In this document: positions 1-11,789 of the stretch, piece after piece
Numbering within the stretch: position 1 is the stretch's first letter
How the letters are laid out: the number at the start of each line of letters is the position of its first letter
Assembly: GCA_036172245.1 (NCBI GenBank)
Contig: JAYWIR010000036.1
Location: forward strand, 1,178,001-1,242,000
Direction of reading: 5' to 3'
Length of the DNA stretch: 64,000 bases
DNA from: Raillietiella orientalis
Lineage: Eukaryota
Program-made: the position numbers and the translations under genes
Notes under the pieces: model-generated
Database searches by the model: none
What the model was told of the DNA's origin: nothing
What the model saw: the letters and a program-made list of their open reading frames with translations, nothing else

Positions 1-39
1 TCCCTCCAGCGGACAGTGATTTTCACCCCGACCCTCCCA

Positions 40-280
40 AGATTTTTATTTCCTTTTATGTGCTCTTTTATTTTTCATTTTTCCTTTTGTTTTCTCCCCG
101 TCCCCTCCGCCACCGAGGTGACCCCCACCGGTCTGCGCACCGGCGACTCGACAGCTCCGTGAGCAAACGGGACGCCGCAGTTCCACGTGTCCTACCACAA
201 TTTACGAGGCTGTTTTACATTTTCAAGAACGCTGCGGCGTGTCCGGGTGGAAATCGAACTAGGTCCGATGGCCCCACTGG
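40..280 (+). mobile_element. 3' UTR fragment of the L1/Tx1-like family
   Basis: T-rich run, TTCTCCCCGTCCCCTCCGCCACCGAGGTG, GTCCTACCACA (shared with 34245-34255) and end motif AACGCTGCGGCGTGTCCGGGTGGAAATCGAAC. Confidence 0.65.
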
Positions 281-1241
281 AATCTGGATTCTAGCCTCCA
301 GGACAAACAGGTTCACAAGTCCATATCCAATAATTTGAACACGCAAGAAATGTACAATGGGTCATTGAAAATGGAGGAGCAGCAGTGAGGAAGAAAAGAG
401 AAGATGGCTCTGAAGATGACGATGCTGCCAACGCACCTGCAGCACATAATGTGTGCCGTGCAAGGCAACGGAGAAGAGTGCGCTAACACAAATAAATTCA
501 GTTTTTTTCTCTCAACAAATCCATAAAAATGCGATTGTACATTTGTACTGTCGATTGCCCCAATTTGAAGAACGTGCAATTCCGTAGAATTATGTAAATG
601 CAGTCTTTATGTATCCGTGGGTTTTTTGTAGTTTCCTGCATGAATACTGAGGCTGATCCACTTGCCCGTAATGAGACCATCATTGATTTCGAGCTCTTTC
701 AATGTGGGTTGTCAGGAAAGCCAGGCTGAGAGCTCCAGTAAAAAAACAAGGGCCCCTGCAGTTTGCTTTGTACACGTGGCTATACACTTGTAAACTTTCT
801 GAAAGATGAGGGCAAATGGCGGGACGTTCCAGAGCAGTCAGCGCGCTTTACATGCCGCGGCTGGCAAGTCGTAAAAGAAAGTTGCAGCAGCACGCTTTTG
901 TTTAGGCATCATTCCTTAGATAGCATGTTTGCACGAGAAGCACCAGGAAGAAAGCTGTCAGGTAAAGGGGGGAAGGATCTTGCAGAACTTTTCGAAGGAA
1001 CGGAAATCACATCATCGTCCCGGCGTTTGATCGAATTCTTCCCTGTTAAACGGGAACTGCCATTAATTTCCAGAAGGCAACTGGAGAAGGTAGAAAGAAT
1101 TCCACCTCTTGCCACTGGTGCCGATCTCCCTGCGATGTTCGCAAAGGGTTGACCGGACGAACTTTATCAGAGCCCTCAGGGGAATTTAAAAAAATACCCT
1201 CACGTTTGGGCCCTGAGCTTGGAATTTTCCTCATTCCCTGT

Positions 1242-2620
1242 GCTCCAGCCTTCATCCTTCGCTTTTCTCAAGGAGGTAACCCAGACAAGTACACCCCTCT
1301 CCCGACCACTCCTTCGCCAGCATTCTGCAAGCGGTTGGCCCGTGCATCGATGCCGACCAGCCCCGAGGAGGGAGGAGGAACAAGATGCGGGGTTCTTCCT
1401 TGCCTCCCGTTGCCGCAGAGACGGAAGTTTCTCGTCGGGATTGCCCCCCCGGCGGCGAGCCCAGGAAGCTCGGCCGCGCGCTGCTGAAGGCGGGCAGGGA
1501 CACCTCCCTGCCTCCAAGGAGACGTTGAAAGTGATGGGGATGCCTGCATACGCGAACGGGCGGGAGGAAGAGAGGGCGAAGGAGAGGTCCGTCTATTCTG
1601 GCCTCATGCACGGATGCTCGTGCGGGAAAGAGGAACCCGACTGCCCTCCTTTCCGTTGCCTTGGTGCGCTGGGTCTGGCTGGATAGCATCGGAGACGAGG
1701 TCCGCATCTATCCGTTGTTCCTCCGACGTCCGAATGCTCGCGAGAAAGATAAAGCGGTCCGTTCCCGACCTTCTCCTTCCAGCTTCTCGAGTTAATTCTC
1801 GTTCCATCGAGGGACGAACGTCTCCCGTAGGAAACCAAAGACCCCGCGCCACGGTCCCTATTCGAGACTGGCGGCGCTCCTCGCCAGCCGATCGGGCCAG
1901 TTTGACGCGTGGAGCTGCGATGAGCACTGCACTGCCCTTCGCGCCAGAGGCGAATCTCCCGAGATGCGCCCAGCATCCGTGCGCACTGCTCCGGGGACCC
2001 GAAGGCAGCCGGCTGCGATCGGCCCAAGAGCACCACCCTGGAAACTCTAGGGGTCGGTGGTCGCGCCTATTCCGCGAACCGGACCCAGTGCAACGGGAGG
2101 GAGTTCCGTTTTCTCGCGCGCATATCCACGCGTGGCGCCAGAAGAGACGAGCCAGCCGACCCTCGCTGGCTTTCCTTTTTCGGTTTTCTTTTTTCTTTTT
2201 TCTTTGGGCCTCCGCACCCCTGTCCACTGCGTTCCTGACCTCTTTCTTCCCTGCACACTTCCTTCTGAGGAGCGCGAAAGACATCTCATCTGTGCGCATC
2301 CCCCTTTCTCAAGGAAAACCTTCGGCGAGAGTCTCTTTTCCCGGGTTGCCGGACCATTCACGCAACAGGAAGAGATGGAAACTCTTGCGGGCAGGGAAGG
2401 GTCGACTTGTGCCAGCCCTCACCTTCTCTGGGGATGCAGCTAAGGAGAAGTGGAGGGAGAGGAGGGAGGGCCTCCAAACGAATAAGGAAAGCAGAGGGTG
2501 GGATGGAGCGGTACCTGACACGGAGGGTCCGCGTCGGATGGAGAAGGGGCGATAGGGGCCGGATGCACTCACCTCCCGATCTGCCTACAATCGTCCAGAG
2601 GTGCTTCCCTCGATCTCCGC
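1242..2620 (+). repeat. Left copy of 1379-bp inverted duplication (partner 47860-49238)
   Basis: Starts GCTCCAGCCTTCATCC and ends CCCTCGATCTCCGC; the reverse complement is at 47860-49238 with the same length. About 5 substitutions seen by eye (1289, 1562, 1582, 1623, 2068). The ORF track shows mirror-image ORFs (313 aa, 231 aa, 128 aa). Confidence 0.98.
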
Positions 2621-3453
2621 GTGCCAGACGGTGTGTCTGGCCTCTTTCTTCCCTGGAGCGTCGAAGGAGCACGTGCCGCGGTCCCGTAGCGGCTCACTCG
2701 CTGGGCACCCTTCCTACCCCCTCCCCCCTTCCCCGCTGAGGCCTGGTGGGCGTTCATCTCTTTGGGGTGGACCTTCTCAGAGCACCGACGAGGCGACGGC
2801 GACTGGCGATGAGGAAAGGGGCTTCGAGGAGAAATCGCAGGATCTTGGAGTTTTCGCAGGGAGTCGCCGAAGAACCCGGCGTGACCGGGTTGCAAACCAA
2901 GGGAGCTCCCCCAACAATCGCGCGAGCAATCGAACTGGGTTCTCTGGGAATCTCGGGATGAGGGAAATGATGAAGTGCTAAGGGAATAGAGAATTCCCAA
3001 GGAGCGCGCGGAGTCCATCAAGAAGGAGATGGTGTGCTCAACGATGCCATCTTCCGGGAATATGGATCGAAAGCATCGTTTGCACCGATGCCTGTCATGA
3101 GTGGAACATCCGAGGATCGCAGGAAATGTTGAAGAGTCGAAGAAGATGGTAGAAGAATCTTCCCTCTTCGGGTGTTTCCGATCGCCATTCCTGTACCAAA
3201 ATTCGAACCCCGGACGCAAAAGAAGGGCGCTGTCATTCTCGCGCCTTCCTTAGCGGATCCGGGAACTTTTCCGGGATTCCCGATACACACAATGAAAATC
3301 TTCATAGAATGTCTTTCCCGCTTGGAACTGCGGGAAGATTTCGGGGCAGGGCTGCGGGGAAACGGAACATCATGGAGACGTCCCCTTCGACCCGCCTGCA
3401 TTCCCTTTGAGGCGTGCTTCATCTAATAAAACATCCCAGCCTCATCCTGCCAG

Positions 3454-3825
3454 AGCCTTCCGATGTCTCCTACGGCATCAGAGTGCTAGACAAGAAAGGG
3501 AACTCCGCCCAGCTGTCTTGGAATGCTCCCTACTTTGCGAATGCCATGCTAAAGCACTATGTCATTGAGGTGCAGGACCGCCAGTGAGACGTGGCAGGAA
3601 GGCGGTAACAAGGGTGCCCATCGTGGGCTGCGAACAGCTCGGTGCTACCGTGTTCAAGCTGAAGCCGTCGAGCACCAACCATTACCTCCGCACCGTAGCC
3701 ACGAACGAGATCAGCACCAGAGACCCACCCTTCCGACGTGTCCACCATCATCACCACCTCGGACGAAGCCCTCGAGACATTCCGTGGAACATCCGGCTGG
3801 AGGCTGTGGATCAGTACAGAGAGCA
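3454..3825 (+). pseudogene. Dscam: Frameshifted Dscam-like exon (first fibronectin type III domain into the start of the second)
   Basis: After a cag acceptor (3451-3453), the stitched frames read EPSDVSYGIRVLDKKGNSAQLSWNAPYFANAMLKHYVIE / CRTASETWQEGGNK / VPIVGCEQLGATVFKLKPSSTNHYLRTVATNEISTRDP / SDVSTIITTSDEA / WNIRLEAVDQ. This follows the pancrustacean Dscam1 FNIII-1 pattern (YGLKVLDKSGRSVQLSW...VFNLRPATTYHLRIVAENEIG...TIITAEEAP). At least 3 frameshifts. Confidence 0.85.
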
Positions 3826-4319
3826 TCTTCTCACAGCCGCCCGTTTGCGAGGACTGAAACAGGGACATCCGGGGCTGCTGCGTGGGTTGCTTGCAGCGAC
3901 AACAACGGCTCCTTCGGGACGGCGAAGGTCCGCAAGGAGCACTCGATGACCCTCACCGAAAAAAAGGAAAACCTGAACGTGGGGCTTCGGTGCTCTCCAG
4001 ATTTCAGCAACTCCCACGATCTGCCCTGTCCCTGGAAATCTTCCACTACCGCCAAACTGATTTTGGACTTCAGCCTTGTCTTGTTAGCCATGGGAATCCT
4101 TGTTCGCCAACTGCTTCCTGATTACCCTTCACAGGAAGACAAGCAGATCCCAAGAAGAGTAGAGGAGTAATGACTTCCGGTTTCCCACCGGCAGAAAACA
4201 AAGAGGGCGACCGATGAGACTTTGGGTTCCCGAAACGGTGGGAGACATGCGAGGGGCCGCCTACTAAACGAGGGAGGTGAAAGGAAATTCTTCGATCCCT
4301 AGTGCGCATCCCAGAACGA

Positions 4320-4530
4320 TAATCAGTGATCCAGCTTCACCTGGTTGATCCGGGGCGTTTATTTCCCTTCCCTCTTTTAAAAAAAAATGAACAGGCCGCG
4401 TGGATCGGTGAATAAGCCGGGAGTCCATAAACAGTTCAGAGAAGGACATAAAAGGAAACCTCGCAGATCGGCGACACAGAAGGGCGGGGAGGAGAAGGGG
4501 AAGAAACAAATACATAAATGGAAGGAGGGT
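4320..4530 (-). mobile_element. 3' UTR fragment of the L1/Tx1-like family
   Basis: Reverse complement contains ATAAACGCCCCGGATCAACCAGGTGAAG, matching ATAAACGCCCCGG at 34278. Confidence 0.65.
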
Positions 4531-6051
4531 AAGAGACTGGAGTCAAGGGTCACACCCACCGCGTCTTCCGCAACCTCCGTGCGGCCTGCGCGTTGCCGGG
4601 AGACGCCGCTTCCCCTCGTTCAGCGACGCCACCGCCGGTAGCGCAGGAGACCCGGTGCTGCCACCCGAAAAGGGGGGGCACGGTGACGTACAGGAAGAGG
4701 GGAGGGATCGCAACCTCCGGCGGAGGAATCCGCAGGTGTTCTGCCCAATGGAACAGGAGCAGGCGCCGACTGACTGGCCACTCGCGGGCCCCGCCCATTC
4801 CGTCGCTCCCGCTGAGATGACGAAACTCCACCCTGCCCGCTAGCCGCTACCGTTTCTCCCCCGCAGGGCGGCCAGCGCTGCAGCCAGAGGCCGCAGTGTC
4901 CGGGATCAACCTTCCATGTCCTCCGGGGAGACTGCTGCTAGGTTGCGGATGTAATGTGCCGACGCTACGTCAGTGCGCTGATCTACCCATTCACGCCTGC
5001 CGTCCCCTGCCTCAAAGCGCCGCTCGCCATGATTGGCAGCGCGGCTAGGAGTGCGGAACAATTGACCCTTTAGTAACCGTCCTTCCCCGCAAGAACTTCC
5101 TCTCTTCCGCTCCAAATGGCTGACAGAGTGGAGTTTCCCAGATCCACTGGGTTCCGGTGGGGCACTGTTTCGCCACCTGGTGCCAACATCTCGCGGTGCT
5201 GGACCGCTACTGTCTGAAAGACCCCACATGACCCAGTCATTTCCACAGAGCAGACTCCACACTCAGGCATCGAGTGATTCTTCTCGAGCCACCTTGAAGC
5301 ATTGTGCCTCCATCCACCCCCCTTCCTGCCGCGCTCACTCCCAATCCGGAACTCTCAAGTCGATCGCGTTTCTGGAAGCGCCCTGTGAGCGTCACACTGG
5401 AGCACTCAGCTGGTTGACGGCACGCCAGGCAGCGTTTGGAGACGCTCCAGGAAGCTTCGATTCCTCCTGCAGCTGGCGCAGCTCGGGGAGGCGGTGAATG
5501 GTCCGGCGCTCGTGACGGGAGAAGGCTCTGAACTTTCGGCATCCGTTTCAGATAGCCCGACGGAGGAAGAGTCCCAGACAGCGAAGGATTTCTGAGGCTC
5601 AGCCGCGGATGCTGATGCCGAGGTGGAACGGACCTCGCGTTCTGAAGGGAATTCGTCCGGGAGAAGCGGACATCCCCTCCCGTCCTGTTCAGCGCTCCAT
5701 CGGCATCCACGGTCCACACCAATTTTCGCTCCTATCTGGTGCTCACATCCCAGGCTGCCGCGAGAGGACGCGCTTCACGTCCGTCTCTTTGAATCTGGCT
5801 CCGTTGCTGGGAGCGATGGACCTCTGGAGGCTTTGCTCTTCCACCTTCCTCCCTCCTCAGCACGACAGTGCGTGCGCTTCCGGAGATCTCCTACTCGGAC
5901 AAACCTCGAGGGCTAAGGGCACTCCTGGCTCACTCTCGCCTTCTGCGCCGAACCCAGTCTGTCCAGTACTTCTAAATCATTTACTTAAATATTTTTAGAA
6001 TTTTTGTATATCACTATAAAATAAAATTTTCTATCACCTCGATCCGACCAG

Positions 6052-6245
6052 GTGACCGCCGCCAGCTCTGCAGGAAGAGAAGGGTCTTCTTCTGCCTTCT
6101 CACCAACAGGGAGGACTTCCTCAGAGAGCTGAACATCGTCGACGCGACGTTGTACGTCAACCTCCTAGCCCTCGTGGTCACATTCCTCGCCCTCAGGGTG
6201 CTCGGATACTTCGTAGTGTGGTGGAATTCGCAGCAGCAGAGCTGA
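6052..6245 (+). CDS. Isolated terminal exon of an ABCG (White/ABCG1-4-like) half-transporter; possibly a pseudogene fragment
   Basis: An AT-rich intron-like stretch and cag (6049-6051) precede the open frame DRRQLCRKRRVFFCLLTNREDFLRELNIVDATLYVNLLALVVTFLALRVLGYFVVWWNSQQQS*. It matches the ABCG C-terminus (Cys pair, FL.EL....A....D..AL...F..LR...YF.L). Not in the ORF track because it has no start codon. No upstream exons recognised. Confidence 0.75.
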
Positions 6246-8189
6246 CGGGACGCCGTCTATTTCCCGGAAGCCGCTCAGGCCCGACGAGGCGCTCGCGAAG
6301 ACGCCGCCGCGAAAAATAGAAACTTGCCGGAGGGCAGGAGAAAATGGTCGGTCGTGTCTGCGCACCCGGCCACGCGATCACCCGAGACTCGCATCCTTCG
6401 CCCTCACCGGCGGCAGGCGGAGATTCGAGCTCGCCCCTGCCTGCGAGAGTCTTCTCTCATAGTTCCTCTTCCCTAGTCCTCGCCCAACGCGGCCCGCGAT
6501 CGAATGGAGGGAAGGGGGAAGGGCGCTCGCTCGCATCAGAGAGGGTTTGCTCCCTGCATGCGAAAGAGTCCGGCTCCCCGTTCTAGGGGGAAACTCCAAT
6601 TTTTCAAAGGAATGGCTTTCAATTCCCTCTCCTTACTCCTCACCTCTGCTACCACATCGATCCACATCCGATCGAATCGTCGGGAGCGCCCTCGGCGTCC
6701 CGTCGGCTCGTGGCTTCCCGTGGGAAGGGAGTCCTGGTGTCTTTGGCCACGCGAAGCTGCGGCGCAGATGCGAGGAGAAAGGGCGGCGAGCTCCCGTCAG
6801 TCCTTCCTCTTTCCCCAATTTTTCCAAATCCGGCATCTGTCCAGGACCCATCTTCGGTGTCCGCTGCCTCTTCGAGTCTTTCGGGCCTATTTACTTTGTC
6901 CGGAAGCCCCAACGCGAGCCACACCCGAGTACCTCCAATTTCTCTCTCTCCTTCCCTCTCGGATCCTCCATCCGGTGGGGGATAGACCACCCGGGAGATG
7001 CGGTTTCGCCGCTCCGATGCCGAGTTGAGGGCGCTCCAGCTTCCTCTCCTGGGAGCTTCCACCGGGACAACGAGCATTGTACCTTTCTCGGAAGGGATCG
7101 CGCGGCCTGCGTGACTTTCGAAGCCTCCGGTATCAGCCGCCATCGACGCGGTTCCTGGGGTTCGGTTTTCCCGGGGTCCCCTCCCCATTCTATCTTCCTC
7201 CTCCCTGGTTCGACCCACCCGGTGTGGAGGGACGTCTGCTCCGTGACTGCCGGTCATGGGCGGTCTCAGGAGGGTCACCACTGCGCGGTTGCCTTCCCAC
7301 CCGTCGCGACAGCGCAACCGCTGCCTCTCGCGGTCGGCGTCTGGATGCTGGATGCGGAGCGCTCTCGTCCCATCTCCCTCGTTTGGCGCGCTTCATGGCT
7401 TGCGGCTCCCAAACGTACCTTCCGCTCGCCTCTCCCCCCGCTGGAGTTTGCTTCAAAGGTGAATTGCTCATTGAACCACTCGTGATTGCGGTCATTGAAA
7501 GACTCATTCATCCGCCCGATCCGAGAGGGCGCGGGTAATAGCGTGCTCGGTCTCTCTCCGAAGGCTGCCTCCTCTGCAGCAGAGGAATCCCGGCTCCGCG
7601 TGCCCTACGATGTGTCTGTCTGGTTTGATTGAATTCTTTGTAGGGAGGAAAAATTCAATCATGGCGGCTTGATGACTCCGTTGTAGGTGGCGCCTACTCT
7701 GCGAGCATTGAGAAAGGTGTAGGAAATTGGAATCCGAAAAAGAAAAGGAAAAAGCCGGAAAGAAAAGAAAAAACGCTGCGTGCGGCGGGGGCGTTGAGCT
7801 GGTGGTCTGCGTCCCATCTCCAGCTGCCCTACGAACCGAGTATTTATCCTTCCATGAGCTTCGAGGGAGCAATTCACGTTGCGTGCCCTGCTAAAAAGAC
7901 ATGGCGGATGTACGTAACTCGCTTGAAGGCTTCCTGCGTCCTGAAAACACTTAAACTGTGCTGAGGGACATCACCATCACCGTTCTCTTCATTTAATTTG
8001 CCTTCCGGGAAAAATCGAACGCGCTGCGGTGATAGTTACTTGTCTTCAGATTGCTTTCCTTTACGTGAGTCATCCGTCTCCAAGTGCGTTCAAGCAGCCG
8101 TGCATCTAAGCTGAGGCTTCTTTTCCGGAAGAACTAAACGTTTCATGGAACTTCGTGCCGACAAACCATCTCGCAAGGGCTGTCATTAC

Positions 8190-9030
8190 CAAAACACGGT
8201 TGAATGGCTAAGCATAGGGCTAGATGATGAAAGCGAAAGGCAGTTAAGAGCTCTTGAGCACTTGTGCATGCTGTTATCAATGTCATACAATGCTGACCGA
8301 TGTTTTGAGAGTCACCCTCCAAGAACCTCCTTGCAAAATATTTTTGAACGAATGCATGTATTCGAAGTGACTGCAAGAACTATTGCTTGCTACTTGATGT
8401 ACTTCTTGGATGTCCCGTGCGTGCCATGTGAATGCACACGCCGCACAGTAGCTGTAGAAGGTGACGCCACGAAAGCCATTCGCGATCGACTTGTTGTAAC
8501 AGAGCTGACTTCCGAAACTAGCGAAGATCTTTGGTGACAGTGTATCAAAGATTTCACAGCTTTCACGCAATCGCGAAGCAGGGGCGATTTTTGAAGCAAG
8601 TGGCTTGAATTGTATCTTGATGTTTATTCGAGATGTTCTCCAGTTCACAAAGACACTTTGCACTCTCCAATGCCCGTAGTCTCAAAGTTATTGCTAAAAT
8701 GGAGCCAGAATGCATTTGCCTTTCATTCTGTGTTGATGTTTTGTTTGCTACACCACGAGGCTCCTCATGCTGCAGATGGAACTTTGCGCTGTTTTGCAAC
8801 TCCGGCTGATCGCCTTACATGCCGAGGAACGGATCCAGCTCCATTAGCGAGTGGTACATTACTGGATGAACTTTCAAGCCGTCTACCAAGTGCTGCAGCC
8901 AATTCTACTTACACAGGAGCTGTAGAGATACAGAAACCCTTAGTAAATAATGGTCACACTCCAGAAACGAAAGAGCCTTCTAATGTATGCGCTCCTATTA
9001 ATTTGTTGTCTCCTTCGTGTCGCGGAACTC
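8190..9030 (+). pseudogene. HECTD1: Degenerate, apparently intron-free copy of the HECTD1 E3 ubiquitin ligase N-terminal (ARM-like) region
   Basis: EWLSIGLDDESERQLRALEHLCMLLSMSYNADRCFESHPPRT...EVTARTI...ECTRRTVAVEG...RLVVTEL...VHKDTLHS...ADGTLRCFATPADRLTCRGTDPAPLA is collinear with HECTD1 ([42 protein letters not shown]...VHKDTLHSAM...[26 protein letters not shown]). Stop at 8535-8537 plus frameshifts. Confidence 0.92.
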
Positions 9031-11069
9031 ACACGAGCTGAGGAACCCATCAAGAGTGTGATCACCTGAACTCTTTACTTCCAACGAACACAGTCAGAGA
9101 AAGCATCGAAAAGAAACAGATCTTTCGACAGATCTTTGACGTACATCTTTCTGCAGCGCACAGAATCGGGCACGTGGAAGCGAGGGAACGTTCATCTCCC
9201 TCATGCCTGCAGCATGCAAATAGCGTCTCGACGGAAGCTACTGAGGAGATTTGCACCGGAAAGCGACACTGGAAGGCCAGATTTCCGATCCTCAGCTTCT
9301 TTTACATGCGAGAACATACAAAAGATTAAACTCAACAGACAGGAAGACATCAACTGGAAACGGCGAGGTCAACCTAGATCTGTCCTGATTGATGGAGCAC
9401 ACGCTTCTGGTCTACCGCTTCTTCTCATTACAAATTAAAAAACCGCGTTTAGGAAGGACGCTGAACATGATCTTCAGAGAACTCTACAAAAGTACTCAGC
9501 ACGTCCAATCAAGTGGTAAGTGATGACTGCTATTAGGGACGCTTGGATGCAGGGATTGTTTCCCAGGGGCGACTTGACTTGTAGAGGATGAAACTTTGGG
9601 CAAGCGTGCAAGAAGGGCTGCTGTGTCGCGCTCTGCGAGAGAAACCGGGGATTCCTGTTCGTTTGACCGAAAGCTTCCTGACTCCTGAGGGAAGGTCGGT
9701 TCCGAGGGAACAGGAGGCGAAGATTTCCTTCCCGCCTCAGGGGGGAAAGCTAATCGTCGTCCGCGTTGAGGCTCGGGGCAGAGGAAAAGTGGCTCCGTAT
9801 GCCGAGTTCGTCCAGGACCACGGCAAAGCGCGTCGAGGTTACCCGCTGGCTAGAGAAGCGCCACCAGCGAGAACCTTCGACTCGCGGAGGAGAAGGGGCT
9901 CTGTGGGACGCCGCGTCGCTCCTCGAGAGGAAGAAACCGGCCGCTGCGATGCCTTGCAGGAGACAGGCAGGAGAACCTCAGGCTGCAAAGGGGGAGACAG
10001 GCGCAATCTCGGGAACGTGACGAGGCCAGCAATAATCTCCTCTCACCTACGGCCACGGAGGCAGCTCGGAGGAGACCGTGATTAACGGATGCAGGAGTTC
10101 AAGTGCCTATCCAAGCGAAAGATCCAATAAGCACGTAAGACGAGCAAAGGAAGGGCTAACAATGACATCCACGGAAGCTTGTGGGGATGAGGGATACAAG
10201 TCCAGGGACGAAATGAGCATTTCAAAGGGGCAGGAGCAAAAAATTCCAGACTTTAAGAAGAGCGGATGAAGTTTCAAGGAGGATGGGAAGGAAAAGAAAA
10301 GGGAAAAGAAAAGCGAAGGAAAGGTGGCAGAGGTAGAACCTCGTCTTTTGCTATCAGCAGTGTGTGGATGTGCCGAAATGACCGTCCCCTCTCTTACGAG
10401 CGACATTTCCAGTCAAAAAAATCCTGGAAACCAGTGCAAAGCCTTCTTTTAAGCAGCCTAGAGGAAGCTGGATGAGCAGTCAGGGCATAAGAGATCTTCC
10501 CGATGCCATACACGGGGCTATCGCCATCGCAGGATGGAGAGTTTTCGGAATGCAGGTGCTTCTGGATCCTGTCACCCGCGGTGACGTCGCGCTGCATCGC
10601 CTTACACGCAGCCGTCCCGCGAGGGCGAGACGCTAAGCAACGCTGGTTCCTGGAACTCATTCCGACGAGGCTGCTGCAGCTCCTTGTTTGGTGGTCGCCA
10701 TCTTGAGGAGCGCTGTCTCTGGGGAAACCTGAGCCGGCCTTCGCTTCCCTGAGTGGCACCGTGCTGCGGGGCTTCTCTTCACGGAGGCAGCACGGATTAA
10801 GAACTGTTGTGGAAGGGGGATTCCCGGTCCTGGGGATTGACGACCCGAGGAGCACACCTTTCGCTTACAGGTGCCAGCCGACAGCGGTAGACTACTAGAG
10901 GAGCCGAAACGGCAGTGACACTTTTCATCCCTCATTGGCAGGCGGCCACAGGGCGCTGCTCAGCACCCTGTCGACGTCTTTGCAGGCAAAACTCATCTCG
11001 AGAACGCAGGAATGAAGCTCGGAGTTTGCCTCTTTGGGAAGACCTTTCTCTGTTCAGTTTCTCGGGTCC

Positions 11070-11770
11070 TCATTGGTGCCCATGCGGCTGCAGTCGCCTC
11101 TCGTGGCGCCCAGCGCTGAGGGTTCGAATCCCCCTACGTGGAGGATCAACGCAGAGAAGTGGGAGGCATGTAGTGCCCCGCCCCCCTTCCTTAGGGTGAC
11201 GCTGACTGGCATATTCGGGTGCGGCACTGGTGCAAGCCGGATGCCCTTGTCGACTTACCGGGACTGGAAGTTTATCCTCTTCCCAGGAATCAAGGAGTTC
11301 TTCGGGGTTCATGTACCATGAAGACAGTTCTTCTCCAGAGTGTCAGAAGCGCGCTGCTTTCTTCGGGGAGCACCCTTCAAGAAAATGGAGAGATGTTCCT
11401 TCGGGGTTCTCTTCAGAGGAAGAGGAAACAAGGAGCGGTTCCTTAGCGGGTTCCCTTCGGAGAAGAAACAAGAAGAGGCCATCACAAACCAAAGGTTCCT
11501 CTGGTGAAAATGAGGACGAGGCGGTTTCCTTCGGGGTTCCTTTCGGTGACCACCCACCAGAATGAGGGTTGTCTTCGGAGTTCTCCTACCAAGCATAAGA
11601 GGACCGGACTCCTTCCTCTGAAGCCTTCCTAGATCCATAGGATAATCCCTCCGGCGTCATTCCTTATAACTTGAAGAATAGCACGTACCTCCGGGTGAGG
11701 TAGACAGTGTTAAAGAGCTTCGTGAGTACCCCATAAGGATGTGGACGGTTCCTCAGCACTTGGAGAACCA
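11070..11770 (+). mobile_element. tRNA-derived SINE, copy A
   Basis: B-box GGTTCGAATCC at 11121-11131, then a body shared with other copies (TTCCCAGGAATCAAGGAG, CTTCGGGGTTCTCTTCAGAG, GGGTTCCCTTCGGAGAAGAAA, TAAAGAGCTTCGT). Confidence 0.8.
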
Positions 11771-11789
11771 AAAAAGGTGAAAAAAAGGC

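Noticed and set aside
310..1152. Lower-GC stretch with ORFs of 61-129 aa
   Set aside because: No recognisable family in any frame; left unannotated.
1614..2555. 313-aa ORF and overlapping ORFs conserved in both inverted-repeat copies
   Set aside because: Conservation just reflects recent duplication. The sequence is Arg/Ser/Pro-rich, long ORFs occur in several frames, and no domain is recognisable.
11121..11131. B-box motifs (also 20184, 22166, 34410, 57470) as functional tRNA genes
   Set aside because: No cloverleaf can be drawn, and each is followed by the same SINE body.
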